The notes beneath the pieces were generated by a model. The model saw only the letters and a program-made list of their open reading frames with translations. It was not told the DNA's origin and made no database searches. From Imperialibacter sp. (GTDB lineage: Bacteria > Bacteroidota > Bacteroidia > Cytophagales > Cyclobacteriaceae), in contig NZ_JAVKCH010000036.1 of NCBI RefSeq assembly GCF_040222815.1, positions 180,583-244,582 on the forward strand: DNA of 64,000 bases, in the 5' to 3' direction. Shown one piece after another: positions 8,883 to 19,287 of this stretch (its first letter is position 1; every line of letters begins with the position of its first letter). The position numbers were made by a program, and so were the translations under genes.

Positions 8883-10733
8883 TTATTTTCTGAAAAAGGT
8901 ACCCGAACCGGGGTAGTTGGCAGCACCACGCCAGTCGGGTTGCCACCACAGGTTGGTGCGGTGACTGTAGTCGTTGTCAAAGTCGTTCACGCCTACGTTG
9001 ACCCGGACGGTTTTCCAGTCGCCACCCTGCTGCTCGCCAAGGTAGCTTAGCGGGATGGCCAGCTCAGTGGCATAGCCCTTTTCCGTTTTTCTTGTTACGC
9101 CAATGGTTCCATCGGGCTTGTTGCCACTGGTGAACGGCGTGGTGTTCTCAGCGCCATCCACATAAGGACTCATTCCTATGTACAGCACACCCGAGAGGCT
9201 CGTCCCGAAAGAGCTGATATTTTCACTGCGGCCGTCGATAATTATCTGAAAGGCATCCTGGTTGTAAGGCCTTGAGGAGGCCACTGCCAGCAGTTCATCG
9301 TCTGTTACCTCGGCGCCAATGTAAAGGAACTGGTCGTCGTAGCTGATTCCGAACCGAACCGAGCCGTCAGCCTTGCCACCTTTGTGAGAGAAGGGATTGG
9401 CTTCCGTGTACATTTTGATTTCTGAGTATGGGAGGGCCGCCCAATCGTCAAGTTTGCCATCTATTGTCTTGGTGGTGCCCTTTGAAATGTATTCCTTTTT
9501 GGCCGGACGGGCATTTTGTGTTACATCCATCGTGACGTCCGCCATGCCCTCGCCGTGGAAGGTGACCGTTCCTCTCAATTCTACTGGCTCCAGTGTAGCA
9601 ATCGGGGCAGCTTTTCCACTAAGCTTTAGGGGAATTATTTCTACTGAATTCGGAGCTATGGTGAGACTTTGACGGATAATGCTGGAAGTAAGATCTTTGT
9701 TAGCAGCCAATTCAAAACTAACGTCCATTGGGGCATCACTGTCGTTGGTCAGGCGGATTTCGGTGGTGCCATCCGAAAACGTGCTGCCATCGGTAAACAT
9801 CGGCGATATGCGCACAGGCTGCCCATTAAAAAGTGGCCTGAAGTAGTTACTCGACTGCTCTGTCACCACGCTCTCGTCCCAAACGCCCGAAAGCTCCAGA
9901 TTAGCCATGATGGGCCCGTTGTCGGTCATAGTGATCCACACCACATGATCAAACTCCCCAAACCGTGGGCCTCTCAGTCGGCTGCTGCCTCCTGTGGTAG
10001 CCAGAATAAAGTATTTGCCATTATTTCTTTCGTATTTCACGTAGCTGTGGTGGTGGCCTACATACACGGTATGTTTTCTGGGTGCCAGTAGTTTTTCAAC
10101 GTCAGGCCAGCGAAGGGTTTCGGCCTGTTGGTTCCACAGAGGCTGATGCATGAACACCAGCGTCCATTTCACGTCTGCGTTTGCTGCAAGGGTTTTTTCT
10201 ATCCACTCATACTGCTCGTCGCCGATGGTACCTTTTCCTGCCCCACGGTAGTTGTCCTCCGAATTGAGGCAGAGGAACAGCACGTCTTTGTACACAAAGT
10301 GATAGTAATCCTTTCCAAAAATGGTTTTGTACTTGTCATACATCACCTTGTTGGTGATGTCGTGGTTGCCAGGCACGTAAAAGAAGGGCATCGTGAGAGA
10401 ATCGATAAACCCATTGAATTCCGTCCACTCAGCATCCAGCCGTGCTTCGTCTTCAGTGTAGCCTTCAATAAAGTCTCCCACGCTCATCACAAACTCAGGC
10501 TGTAGCAGATTAAGCTTGCTTAGGCCCACTTCAAACACATTACCCCTATGGCCGCCGGTTCGGTCAGTAACAATGGCAAACTGAAAAGAAGAGGGGTCAT
10601 TGTTCAGATCAAGGCTGGTGTAGGGTGTTGGCCCTTCGATGGGTTCAATCTTAATACTTGCTTTTTCGACTGGAGCGGTGCAAGCCGCACCAAAGACAAG
10701 AAGGCCAACAACAGCGGCTGAAAGATGATTCAT
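8883..10733 (-). CDS. Lipoprotein: calcineurin-like metallophosphoesterase with C-terminal CBM9/DOMON-like sugar-binding domain
   Basis: Lipobox FGAAC; TDRTGG, SVGDFIE, PGNHD, FMHQP, VGHHH; C-terminal TIDGKLDDW...YDDQFLYIGAEVTDD...YATELAIPL. Confidence 0.8.
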   Translation of the reverse strand: MNHLSAAVVGLLVFGAACTAPVEKASIKIEPIEGPTPYTSLDLNNDPSSFQFAIVTDRTGGHRGNVFEVGLSKLNLLQPEFVMSVGDFIEGYTEDEARLDAEWTEFNGFIDSLTMPFFYVPGNHDITNKVMYDKYKTIFGKDYYHFVYKDVLFLCLNSEDNYRGAGKGTIGDEQYEWIEKTLAANADVKWTLVFMHQPLWNQQAETLRWPDVEKLLAPRKHTVYVGHHHSYVKYERNNGKYFILATTGGSSRLRGPRFGEFDHVVWITMTDNGPIMANLELSGVWDESVVTEQSSNYFRPLFNGQPVRISPMFTDGSTFSDGTTEIRLTNDSDAPMDVSFELAANKDLTSSIIRQSLTIAPNSVEIIPLKLSGKAAPIATLEPVELRGTVTFHGEGMADVTMDVTQNARPAKKEYISKGTTKTIDGKLDDWAALPYSEIKMYTEANPFSHKGGKADGSVRFGISYDDQFLYIGAEVTDDELLAVASSRPYNQDAFQIIIDGRSENISSFGTSLSGVLYIGMSPYVDGAENTTPFTSGNKPDGTIGVTRKTEKGYATELAIPLSYLGEQQGGDWKTVRVNVGVNDFDNDYSHRTNLWWQPDWRGAANYPGSGTFFRK

Positions 10734-10859
10734 ACTAGATAGATTTGGTTAGGGTGAAGTTACGCCTCCTTGCCGAGAGGTATTTGAAATTAATAGTTAA
10801 GTTTAAGTTAATGTTTCCTGGCGAAGGAAACAATAAAAATAACTGCTTAACTATCGCCT

Positions 10860-11708
10860 ATGAAAACCACTTTGTTCGCTCTCTTACTTCTTGGCACCAC
10901 CTTGTTTGTTTATGCACAACGACCGGCAGTTACCGTGGCATGGGACATGGAAGACGACGCCCTCATGCGTGCCTGCGGCTATAAGTATTTTGTAGAAAAG
11001 GTGGACAAAATTATCAGTCCGCAAAAAGTGTCAGATGAGCAGTTTGCCGAGAATGTTGCCACCATCAAAAAGCTGAAAACCAACATGTTTGCTGTGAACT
11101 ACTTTTTACCAGGCAACCTGAAAGTGATTGGCCCTGACGTAAATGAGGAAGCCATACTGGCCTACACCGACGTTGTATTTCAGCGTTGCAAGCAGATTGA
11201 TGTAGATCTGGTGGTATGGGGCAGCGGTGGCTCCCGGCGGTTGCCTGACGGTTGGGACTATCAAAAGGCAGTAGATCAGTTTGTAGCCATTGCAAAGAAA
11301 GTAGCCGTGCAGGCGCAGAAATACGATATCCTGATCACTGTAGAAAACCTCAACAAGACCGAAGCCAACTTTCTCAACGGCTTTGATGAGGTGGTGAATG
11401 TGGTGAAGCGGGTAGATGAGCCAAATCTGATGGCTTGCGTGGACATTTACCACATGCTCATGGATGGTGATCCTCCGTCGATGATAGCGCTGGGAAAAGA
11501 CCTCACTTTCCACTGCGATATCGCTGAAAAGGCAGACAGAGACCCGCCAGGTACGCTGGGCGACGAAGTAGTTCCGTACCTGCAAGAGCTGAAGAAAATT
11601 GACTACAAGGGAAGTATTGTCATCGAAGCCCGCTGGGACGACTTTCCAAAAGAAGCGCCCGCCACATTGAAATATTTGGAAGCGAAGGTCAAAGAGGTGT
11701 GGAAGTAG
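10860..11708 (+). CDS. Sugar phosphate isomerase/epimerase family protein (xylose-isomerase-like TIM barrel)
   Basis: VWGSGGSR, VENLNKTE, DIYHM, FHCDIAE, YKGSIVIE. Confidence 0.85.
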   Translation: MKTTLFALLLLGTTLFVYAQRPAVTVAWDMEDDALMRACGYKYFVEKVDKIISPQKVSDEQFAENVATIKKLKTNMFAVNYFLPGNLKVIGPDVNEEAILAYTDVVFQRCKQIDVDLVVWGSGGSRRLPDGWDYQKAVDQFVAIAKKVAVQAQKYDILITVENLNKTEANFLNGFDEVVNVVKRVDEPNLMACVDIYHMLMDGDPPSMIALGKDLTFHCDIAEKADRDPPGTLGDEVVPYLQELKKIDYKGSIVIEARWDDFPKEAPATLKYLEAKVKEVWK

Positions 11709-11795
11709 GAAGAGAGTATTTGACTATTTGAGGAATCGAGGATTTGAAAACTACCGAACTACCTATCGACATGAACTAACCTCGCATTATTTAAC

Positions 11796-12210
11796 TAGTG
11801 CCATCGGCACGGTTTTTTTGATCAGCTTGGAATTTATTCCAAGCTGGTTTGAAGGTGCTGCCAATTCCTTTCGGAAAAAGGCACCTATTGATCGATTAGT
11901 GCCATCGGCACGGTTTTTTTGATCAGCTTGAAATTTATTCCAAGCTGGTTTGAAGGTGCTGCCAATTCCTTTCGGAAAAAGGCACCTATTGATCGATTAG
12001 TGCTATCGGCACGGTTTTTTTGATCAGCTTGGAATTCATTCCAGGCTGAAGGTTTGAAGCTGCCGAACTTGGTTCGCTTGTGAAAAATGTCTCTAACCGA
12101 TTGGCCAGTGCCATCGACACGGCTTTATCACCGGCCTGGAATTTATTCCAGGCCGACAAGGCTTTATTGCCAGCTTGGAATTTACTCCAGTCTGATCATT
12201 TCCAAGCTGC
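11796..12210. repeat. Tandem array of 101-bp hairpin-rich (REP-like) units
   Basis: Units start at 11796, 11897 and 11998 (third one partial), with degenerate copies near 12106 and 12171; each has GTGCC-ATC-GGCAC and CAGCTTGGAA-TTTA-TTCCAAGCTG. Confidence 0.9.
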
Positions 12211-12360
12211 ATAATTCCCCAAAATCCATTACCTTCGACTTATTAAAATCTCCTGATAAAATATTGACTTAAGCTTAGCGGAAAACACTTCTGCTCAAGC
12301 GGTTTGCTTTTCTGGCAATACCAGGTAATCAACTATTGTCTTATTTTATCGAGAGTAAAA

Positions 12361-12999
12361 ATGAGTAACACTTCAAAAATAGCCGTCATTGGCGGCACAG
12401 GTAAGGCTGGCAGGTACATCGTAAAAGAGCTGCTCAGCCGTGGGTATCACCTCAAACTTCTTCTTAGGTTTCCTGAAAACCTTCAAATTGAAGACCCGAA
12501 AATCGAGTTACTGAAAGGCGATGCACGAGATGTGGAAGCTATCCGATCTTTGCTCGACGGATGCCAGGCTATCATCAGCGCCGTTGGTCAGCCGAGGGGA
12601 GAGGAGCCAATTTTCGACCAGGCCACAAAGAATATTGTGGCTGCGATGTCAATTCAAGGTATTCGACGATATGTCATACTCACAGGGCTCAACGTAGACA
12701 CTCCTTTCGACAAGAAGTGCGAAAAAGTGGCAATGGCCACTGAGTGGATGAGAGCCAACTACCCCAAAACCACAGCGGACAAGCAGGTAGAATATGAGTC
12801 TCTTAGAAAAAGCGATATCGATTGGACGCTGGTGAGGCTTCCTATGATTGAGCTTACCGACGAAAGTAGGGGAGTGAACGTAAGCTTGGAGAGCTGCCCC
12901 GGCGACGGGATTAGTGCTGCTGATCTGGCTCATTTTGTGGCCGATCAGTTGACTGACGATGCTTTTGTGGGGCAAGCACCTTTTATAGCCAGTAATTGA
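12361..12999 (+). CDS. NAD(P)-binding oxidoreductase (NmrA / flavin-reductase / BVR-B-like)
   Basis: KIAVIGGTGKAG Rossmann motif; GDARD; SDIDWTLVRLP. ATG 12361 preferred over the upstream TTG. Confidence 0.85.
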   Translation: MSNTSKIAVIGGTGKAGRYIVKELLSRGYHLKLLLRFPENLQIEDPKIELLKGDARDVEAIRSLLDGCQAIISAVGQPRGEEPIFDQATKNIVAAMSIQGIRRYVILTGLNVDTPFDKKCEKVAMATEWMRANYPKTTADKQVEYESLRKSDIDWTLVRLPMIELTDESRGVNVSLESCPGDGISAADLAHFVADQLTDDAFVGQAPFIASN

Positions 13000-13043
13000 T
13001 TGAAAAGATGCGGGTCTGTATCGATCCGCATCGTTTTGCACTT

Positions 13044-13712
13044 TTATTCACTGTCATCCAGCATGTCTTTCAAGTCGTCGAGTGCACCAAAAATAACCAG
13101 CGTATCTCCTTCTTCCAGAACAGTCTCCGCAGTGGCTACACCGGAAATTTTACCATCTTCTTTTCCTTCCACTGGCTTAATGGTAGTCAACACTGTTATG
13201 TTGTACTTCTTTCTAAACTCTGACTCCAGTAGTGTTTTTCCTACATATTTCTCAGGGCACTTCAGTTCAATGATATTGTGCTTGTCCGACAGTTCGAATG
13301 AATCAACTACGCCTTTGAAGTTAAGCCTTTTCGCCAGCCTGATGGCGGAGGTTTGCTCTGGCCGACTGATTTCATGCACGCCCATGGCCTGCATCACCGT
13401 AGTGTGTAATTCGCTCACCGCTCTGCCGATAATTCGTTTAGCATGGAGTTGCTTCAGCAGGGCTGTGGTCATGATAGAGGCACCTTCGTCTTCACCTATG
13501 GCAACAATAACCGCATCCGCATCTTCCAGAGGAAGGGAGCTTACTGCTTGAATATCGGTAGAGTCGAGGCAAATGGTATGCGTAATGTCATCCTTGTGCA
13601 GTTCCACCTTGTCCATTTTTTTATCCACCCCAATCACTTCATGCCCCATGGCGGTGAGCGTGGTGGACAGGCTGCTGCCAAAATTTCCGAGACCAAAAAC
13701 GATGTATTTCAT
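13044..13712 (-). CDS. ktrA: TrkA/KtrA potassium uptake regulatory subunit
   Basis: YIVFGLGNFG RCK_N motif; VIVAIGED; C-terminal RCK_C domain. Confidence 0.9.
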   Translation of the reverse strand: MKYIVFGLGNFGSSLSTTLTAMGHEVIGVDKKMDKVELHKDDITHTICLDSTDIQAVSSLPLEDADAVIVAIGEDEGASIMTTALLKQLHAKRIIGRAVSELHTTVMQAMGVHEISRPEQTSAIRLAKRLNFKGVVDSFELSDKHNIIELKCPEKYVGKTLLESEFRKKYNITVLTTIKPVEGKEDGKISGVATAETVLEEGDTLVIFGALDDLKDMLDDSE

Positions 13713-13718
13713 ACAAAC

Positions 13719-15479
13719 TTAATTTATAAACAATTCCTCGTTTGGATAACGATACCTCAATGTTTGCACTCTTCGTAGCATGCCTACAAGCAAGGTAAGC
13801 GCACCCACCCGACCAATAAACATAATAAGAATAATCACCAGTCGGCTTCCTGTACTAAGACTCGATGTAATTCCCATGCTTAGCCCCACGGTGCTATAGG
13901 CAGAAAAACATTCGAAAGCTACCTGAATAAAGGGTAAGTGAGGATCAAACATCGTAATCATAAATGTGGCCAGTCCGATAAATATCAGCGAAAGAGAAAT
14001 AATGGCGAACGCTCTCCTGATCGACTTGTTGGAGATTTCTCTTTTGCCAAACTCAACCCTGTCTTTGCTGCGGGCCAGGCTTAGAAAGTTAAGGGTGGCC
14101 AGGAAGATCGTGGTAGTTTTTATGCCACCACCGGTGGAACCGGGCGAGGCGCCAATCCACATGAGCAACAATATGATCATGATGGTATGAAGCTTCAATG
14201 CCGCATTGTCGACAGTGTTGAAACCAGCAGTTCGGGGCGTAACTGCACCGAAAAAGGCGGTCACCCATTTGCCAAATTCGTTGTGCTCGGCCAGCGTATT
14301 GTCGTATTCGAAGAAGTAGAAAAGCAAAGTGCCGGGGACTATGAGAAGTGCCGTTGTAATAAGTACGATCCGTGTGTGCAGGTTGATCCTGATGGGTAGC
14401 CGATAGACAATCCGCCGTTTTACCAGCCGGGCCACTATTGTGCGGGCTGACTCCCTAACATAGTTCACAAAATTGAAGACGATGGGAAAGCCCAACCCTC
14501 CGAAAATGAAGAGAAAGGCGATGACTAAATGGAGAGAGTAGTTGAAGCGATAGTTTAGATCGTACAGGCTATTACCAAGCGTAGAGAAGCCTGCGTTGCA
14601 GAAGGCCGATATGGAATGGAATCCGGCGAAGAGTACCCTGTCGACAAAACCTGGCAGCACTGCCTTGTTGAGTTGCGTGAATATGGCAATACCTCCTGCC
14701 AACTCAACCAGAAGGGTAAAAGCGACAATTGTTTTCACTATGCCACTTACCTCCGCCAGCCGGTTAGTATTTGTTACATCTTTTAGAAATAGCTGGTTCT
14801 GGATGCTAAACCCACCTTTAAAAAAAAGGCCAAAAAAGCTGGTGAAGGTAAGAATGCCAATGCCACCCACCTGAATGAGGCCAAGTATCACAACCTGACC
14901 GAACGTAGTGAAATAAGAACCAGTGTCAACTACTATGAGGCCTGTAACGCATACGGCGCTTGTTGATGTAAAAAGGGCGTCTACAAAGCCAATACCCTCA
15001 TAAGTGGCATTAGGCAGCATCAGTAGTCCGCAGCCCAGCAACACAATGAGCGCAAAGCTGAAGATAAAGAGATTGGCTGGATTCTTCGAAAGCTTGTAGA
15101 GGGATGTTGTGCGCCTTGAAAACTCTATTACAAAAATGAAAAAGCAGCCCCAGTAGCCAGTGAACTTATGGGTGAAAAAGCTCAACTGAGGATACAAGTG
15201 CGGGTTGATTGAAAACACTACATAGGCCAGCATGTAGATAGCCAGCAGTGCCTCTACCAGTCTTGACCGGAGTCGACTGGAATCGAGCATCCATGCGATA
15301 GTGCTTGCAACTGTAATCAGCACAAACAAGATGCCAGCAAGAACGGGAAGCAAGGTATGAAGGTAGACTTCAAGGACGCCGCTGTAGGGGAAGCCAAAGT
15401 CAATAATCAGTAGAAGCAAGCCAACACTGCTTACTCCCAGCGAAGACCAGTTAATAATATTGAGTGCTTTCCGTTTCAA
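13719..15479 (-). CDS. ktrB: TrkH/KtrB potassium uptake membrane subunit
   Basis: Four pore-loop motifs TSAVCVTGL, SAFCNAGF, TPRTAGF, SAYSTVGLS; GASPGSTGGGIK. Confidence 0.92.
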   Translation of the reverse strand: MKRKALNIINWSSLGVSSVGLLLLIIDFGFPYSGVLEVYLHTLLPVLAGILFVLITVASTIAWMLDSSRLRSRLVEALLAIYMLAYVVFSINPHLYPQLSFFTHKFTGYWGCFFIFVIEFSRRTTSLYKLSKNPANLFIFSFALIVLLGCGLLMLPNATYEGIGFVDALFTSTSAVCVTGLIVVDTGSYFTTFGQVVILGLIQVGGIGILTFTSFFGLFFKGGFSIQNQLFLKDVTNTNRLAEVSGIVKTIVAFTLLVELAGGIAIFTQLNKAVLPGFVDRVLFAGFHSISAFCNAGFSTLGNSLYDLNYRFNYSLHLVIAFLFIFGGLGFPIVFNFVNYVRESARTIVARLVKRRIVYRLPIRINLHTRIVLITTALLIVPGTLLFYFFEYDNTLAEHNEFGKWVTAFFGAVTPRTAGFNTVDNAALKLHTIMIILLLMWIGASPGSTGGGIKTTTIFLATLNFLSLARSKDRVEFGKREISNKSIRRAFAIISLSLIFIGLATFMITMFDPHLPFIQVAFECFSAYSTVGLSMGITSSLSTGSRLVIILIMFIGRVGALTLLVGMLRRVQTLRYRYPNEELFIN

Positions 15480-15595
15480 ATGATCTGGGCCACTGTCTTT
15501 TTACCGACGCTACCTTGGGGGAAAGCTAGCTATCGTTGGCCTTATTGCATAACGTATTGCTATTAAAATTCCCCTTTTTAAATGAAAATTGGTTA

Positions 15596-16030
15596 CTATT
15601 TCGTCAGCCGCCACGAGGGGTCTCTTTTCAGTTCCTTGATTTTGTCCGTTTTTCTGAACCTCAGCGCCGACCAGTCGTCGTCCACCGCTACCATGCGCAC
15701 ACCTTCGAAGCCCAGCTTTCCAAGAGGTGCCCATCCGTGGTCACGGTGGATTTCCGCTTTATACTTTTTAGAAGTCTTCTTAGGGTATACAAACCAAAAC
15801 GGAGCGTCGTCCGTCAGCTTTGGATTTATCTCGTGGCTGAGCTTAGCAATTGCTTGTTCTGTTTGCACAAACACCAGCACAAAGTCAAAGTGGTCGGCTG
15901 AATGGATTTTAGTATAAACAGTGCCGAGCTTCTCAAAGTCCCTGATATGAGGAGCAAACTCATCCGGAGACTCAAATATGCCTATCGCCTGCTGAGCTTT
16001 GTAGTTAAGTTTTTTGATAAGATCTGTCAT
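15596..16030 (-). CDS. Conserved hypothetical protein (DUF3052-like)
   Basis: FWFVYPKKTSKKY...RDHGW...GFEGVRMVAVDDDWSALRFR; likely start MTDLIKK. Confidence 0.65.
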   Translation of the reverse strand: MTDLIKKLNYKAQQAIGIFESPDEFAPHIRDFEKLGTVYTKIHSADHFDFVLVFVQTEQAIAKLSHEINPKLTDDAPFWFVYPKKTSKKYKAEIHRDHGWAPLGKLGFEGVRMVAVDDDWSALRFRKTDKIKELKRDPSWRLTK

Positions 16031-16094
16031 GGTTTGGTTTTTTACCTGAAAACGATGAGTCAAATGAGCGAAAATCATGCAAGGCCAAAAGACA

Positions 16095-16673
16095 TTATCT
16101 GACAGGAAAAAGGGGCTGCTGGGTAACCCGTTTGGCTTGATTTACGTGCCTCTCCGCATGGCCCACCACAATTTGTAGCGTGTCGTACAGCGAGTAGGTC
16201 ACCAGCCTTGACACTGGCGACGTAATAATGACGGTAGTATGATCTACATGATCCATCGCTATCATTTTTCTAGTCAACAGCTTGAGGCTATCAGTAAAGT
16301 CTTTCACAATGTGCTGGCTAAGCCTGCCTGCGGTTGGCCGGAATATCGCCGGTGACTTCGATTTACGCTTCACCTCCGGCCCCAGGTATTCCACCAGTTG
16401 CCCGCCCCAGAAGCTGTGCCAAAAAGCAGGCATTTTCTGCCAAAAAGTGGGCTCGTACCTGCCATCGGCAATTTTGTCAAACTGTGGATAGTATTGTTTG
16501 TTCGTCATCATGATATGATCCAGGCATTCTCTGATGCTCCACTGTCCTTTTGTTGGCTTCCAGCCTAACTGCTGCGCCGACAGGTCTCCGAATACATTGT
16601 TGACCTCGGCAATCAACTCCTCCATCTTATCAAGATGCGATTGAATATTGACATTGTGGAAGCTCTGACTCAT
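16095..16673 (-). CDS. DinB family protein
   Basis: WKPTKGQWSIRECLDHI; VVGHAERHVNQA. Confidence 0.85.
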   Translation of the reverse strand: MSQSFHNVNIQSHLDKMEELIAEVNNVFGDLSAQQLGWKPTKGQWSIRECLDHIMMTNKQYYPQFDKIADGRYEPTFWQKMPAFWHSFWGGQLVEYLGPEVKRKSKSPAIFRPTAGRLSQHIVKDFTDSLKLLTRKMIAMDHVDHTTVIITSPVSRLVTYSLYDTLQIVVGHAERHVNQAKRVTQQPLFPVR

Positions 16674-16863
16674 GACGATTCATTTGAAAACCAATTTACG
16701 GCTTAATTGTCACATTGTACACCCTGCGGTCGTTGCTGTTCGCTGGCGGACGCTATGGTGTTGTCAGCTCCTTACAAAGGGCCTTTTAAGCTATATTTGG
16801 GCAGGATTTATTTGGTAAGCTATTTGCCAACACATGTGCCACAGGGCAACTAAACTCACCGAT

Positions 16864-19269
16864 ATGTTCAAAAGCTACCTTACCATCGCCTTTCGAAGTT
16901 TCTGGAAAAATAAATTTTATTCACTGCTCAACATCTTTGGCCTTGCCTCCGGCGTGGCGAGTTGTTTGCTCATTTTCCTTTTTGTGTCTCATGAGCTTGG
17001 CTACGATCAGTTCTTCAAGGAGAAGGAACGCATATTTAGAGTGGTGACTTCCGCAGTCATGGGTGAAGAAAAGGGACGAATTGCCGTTTCTGGCAGTATC
17101 CTGGGCCCAATTGCTAAACGAGAGGTGCCTGGCGTGGAGCTGTTCTGCCGTTATGCTGATGTGGGCATTTTTAAGCCAACCATTGTAAAAGAAGGGGAAA
17201 GGGTATTTATGGAGAAGACATTTTCTTATGCCGACTCCTCATTCTTTAAAGTGTTTTCGTTTGACCTGATAGAAGGAGATGTAGAGACGGCTTTGAAGGA
17301 TCCGAGTTCGGTAGTGATCACATCCTCCATGGCCAGGAAGTATTTTCCGGGCGGCAGCCCTATGGGGAAGACGTTGAGAATCAACAATAATACTGACAAG
17401 AAGGTAACTGGTGTGGTGGCAGATCCGCCTGCCAATAGCCACCTGCAGTTCAACTTCATCTGCGCTTTTCATAGCATGGAGGATGGTGAGCAGTGGTTTC
17501 CCATGAACTACATCACCTATTTGAGGCTGGCGGAGGGAGTAGATGCAGGCGAAGTGGGAACGAAAATAAACGCTATTGTTGAAAAAGAACTTGGAGAGCA
17601 ACTGGAGGGCTCCGGCATGTCCGTGTCATTTGAAATGCAGCCGGTAACCGACATATACATGGACAGTAGTTTACAGGCGGACATTGGTCAGAGAGGAAAC
17701 ATGTCCAACACGCTGGCGTTTGCGCTGATTGGCGTTTTCATTTTGCTGGTGGCCTGCGTGAATTATATCAACCTGACGACGGCCCGCTCCGAAAAAAGAG
17801 CCCGTGAGGTAGGCATCAGAAAGGTAATGGGTGCGGTAAGAACGCACATTATTCTACAGTTTTACGGGGAAACCCTTATCATCACTTTCCTGGCAGTGCT
17901 TTTAGCCGTAGGCACCACTGAGTTCACGCTACCCGCTTTCAACGAGCTCATTGGACAGAAAATATCGATCAGCTATTTTGACAACCCCGGCTGGATAGCG
18001 CTGCTGGCAGCCGTTGTGTTTGCCATTACCCTGATCGCTGGCAGCTACCCGGCGCTGTATTTGTCGCAGTTCATTCCAGTGAAGGTGCTCAAGGGTACTT
18101 TCAACCCGGGCAAGGCTGGCGACATGTTTCGCAAAGCGCTGGTCATTTTCCAGTTCAGTATTTCTATTTTTCTGATTTTGGGCACTTTGGTCATCTACCA
18201 GCAGCTCAATTTCACCAACAGCAAAGACCTGGGCTACAATTCAGAACAGGTGATTGTTGTGCCCTTTGCCGATAGAAAGATGTTCAACAAGTTTGAGGCC
18301 TTCAGCAGCGAGCTAAAGCAGAATAGCGCCATTGGCGATGTGAGCAGAGGCTCGGCCATGATGGGCAATATTCTCGCCACCTGGTCGTCGTACAAAGACG
18401 GCATGGATCCCAACAAGGGCATTCGTACCCTTGGGTTTACCACCGACGATCAAATGGCAAATACCCTCGGTATCGAGCTGCTGGCAGGAGAGGGTTTCAA
18501 TGCTACCTCCATGCAGCTAAACGATAGCACCGACGAACCGCTCAATAGCCATGTGGTGGTGAACGAGGCGTTGGTGCGCATGCTGGGCTGGAGAACTGAG
18601 GAGGCCGTTGGACAAACACTCCATTATGGAGACGAAGCAAGCGGAAAGATAGTAGGGGTGATGAAAGATTTTCATTTCAACTCACTAAGGAGTCAAATTG
18701 ATCCTCTTTTCTTTTTCGTCAGCCCGTGGCAGGACAGGTATGTGTACGTGAAAGTCAATAACATCAACGACCCCGCCGGGGTGGACCATGTGCGTGAAGT
18801 TTGGATGAACATCTTTGCCGATGCACCCTTTGAGTACAGCCTGCTTGATACTGAGCTGCAGCGGCTTTATGACAGCGAGCAACGACAGGCAAGTGTTTTG
18901 GTGCTGTTCACCCTGCTCTCGGTCGTGATCGGTGTGTTGGGGCTGTTTGGATTGACCAACTACATGATTGAAAAAAGAACCAAGGAAATAGGCATTAGAA
19001 AAACACTTGGTGCCAATGTAATCGGCCTGGTGAGGCTGCTGTCGTGGGACTTCCTCAAGCTGGTGCTGATTGCCAACCTGATCGCCTGGCCCTTTGCCTG
19101 GTACTTCATGAACGGCTGGCTGGAAAATTTTGCCTATCACATCAGCATGAGCTGGGTATATTTTGCCGTCACCGGCGTTGCCGTAGTTGTTGTCGCCTTC
19201 CTCACCGTGGCCTGGCACAGCATCAACACCGCCAGAATGAATCCTGTGAAATCGCTGAGGTATGAATGA
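16864..19269 (+). CDS. ABC transporter permease, MacB/FtsX type with duplicated domains
   Basis: MFKSYLTIAFRSFWKNK; NYINLTTARSEKRAREVGIRKVMGA; RTKEIGIRKTLGA; NPVKSLRYE. Confidence 0.92.
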   Translation: MFKSYLTIAFRSFWKNKFYSLLNIFGLASGVASCLLIFLFVSHELGYDQFFKEKERIFRVVTSAVMGEEKGRIAVSGSILGPIAKREVPGVELFCRYADVGIFKPTIVKEGERVFMEKTFSYADSSFFKVFSFDLIEGDVETALKDPSSVVITSSMARKYFPGGSPMGKTLRINNNTDKKVTGVVADPPANSHLQFNFICAFHSMEDGEQWFPMNYITYLRLAEGVDAGEVGTKINAIVEKELGEQLEGSGMSVSFEMQPVTDIYMDSSLQADIGQRGNMSNTLAFALIGVFILLVACVNYINLTTARSEKRAREVGIRKVMGAVRTHIILQFYGETLIITFLAVLLAVGTTEFTLPAFNELIGQKISISYFDNPGWIALLAAVVFAITLIAGSYPALYLSQFIPVKVLKGTFNPGKAGDMFRKALVIFQFSISIFLILGTLVIYQQLNFTNSKDLGYNSEQVIVVPFADRKMFNKFEAFSSELKQNSAIGDVSRGSAMMGNILATWSSYKDGMDPNKGIRTLGFTTDDQMANTLGIELLAGEGFNATSMQLNDSTDEPLNSHVVVNEALVRMLGWRTEEAVGQTLHYGDEASGKIVGVMKDFHFNSLRSQIDPLFFFVSPWQDRYVYVKVNNINDPAGVDHVREVWMNIFADAPFEYSLLDTELQRLYDSEQRQASVLVLFTLLSVVIGVLGLFGLTNYMIEKRTKEIGIRKTLGANVIGLVRLLSWDFLKLVLIANLIAWPFAWYFMNGWLENFAYHISMSWVYFAVTGVAVVVVAFLTVAWHSINTARMNPVKSLRYE

Positions 19270-19287
19270 GGTAGGGGACGGAAGAGT

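Noticed and set aside
8729-8980. 83-aa ORF between the TA pair and the phosphoesterase
   Set aside because: It overlaps the phosphoesterase 3' end in another frame and runs through its terminator.
11796-12210. CRISPR array
   Set aside because: Whole 101-bp units repeat with no unique spacers, and there are no cas genes in the window.
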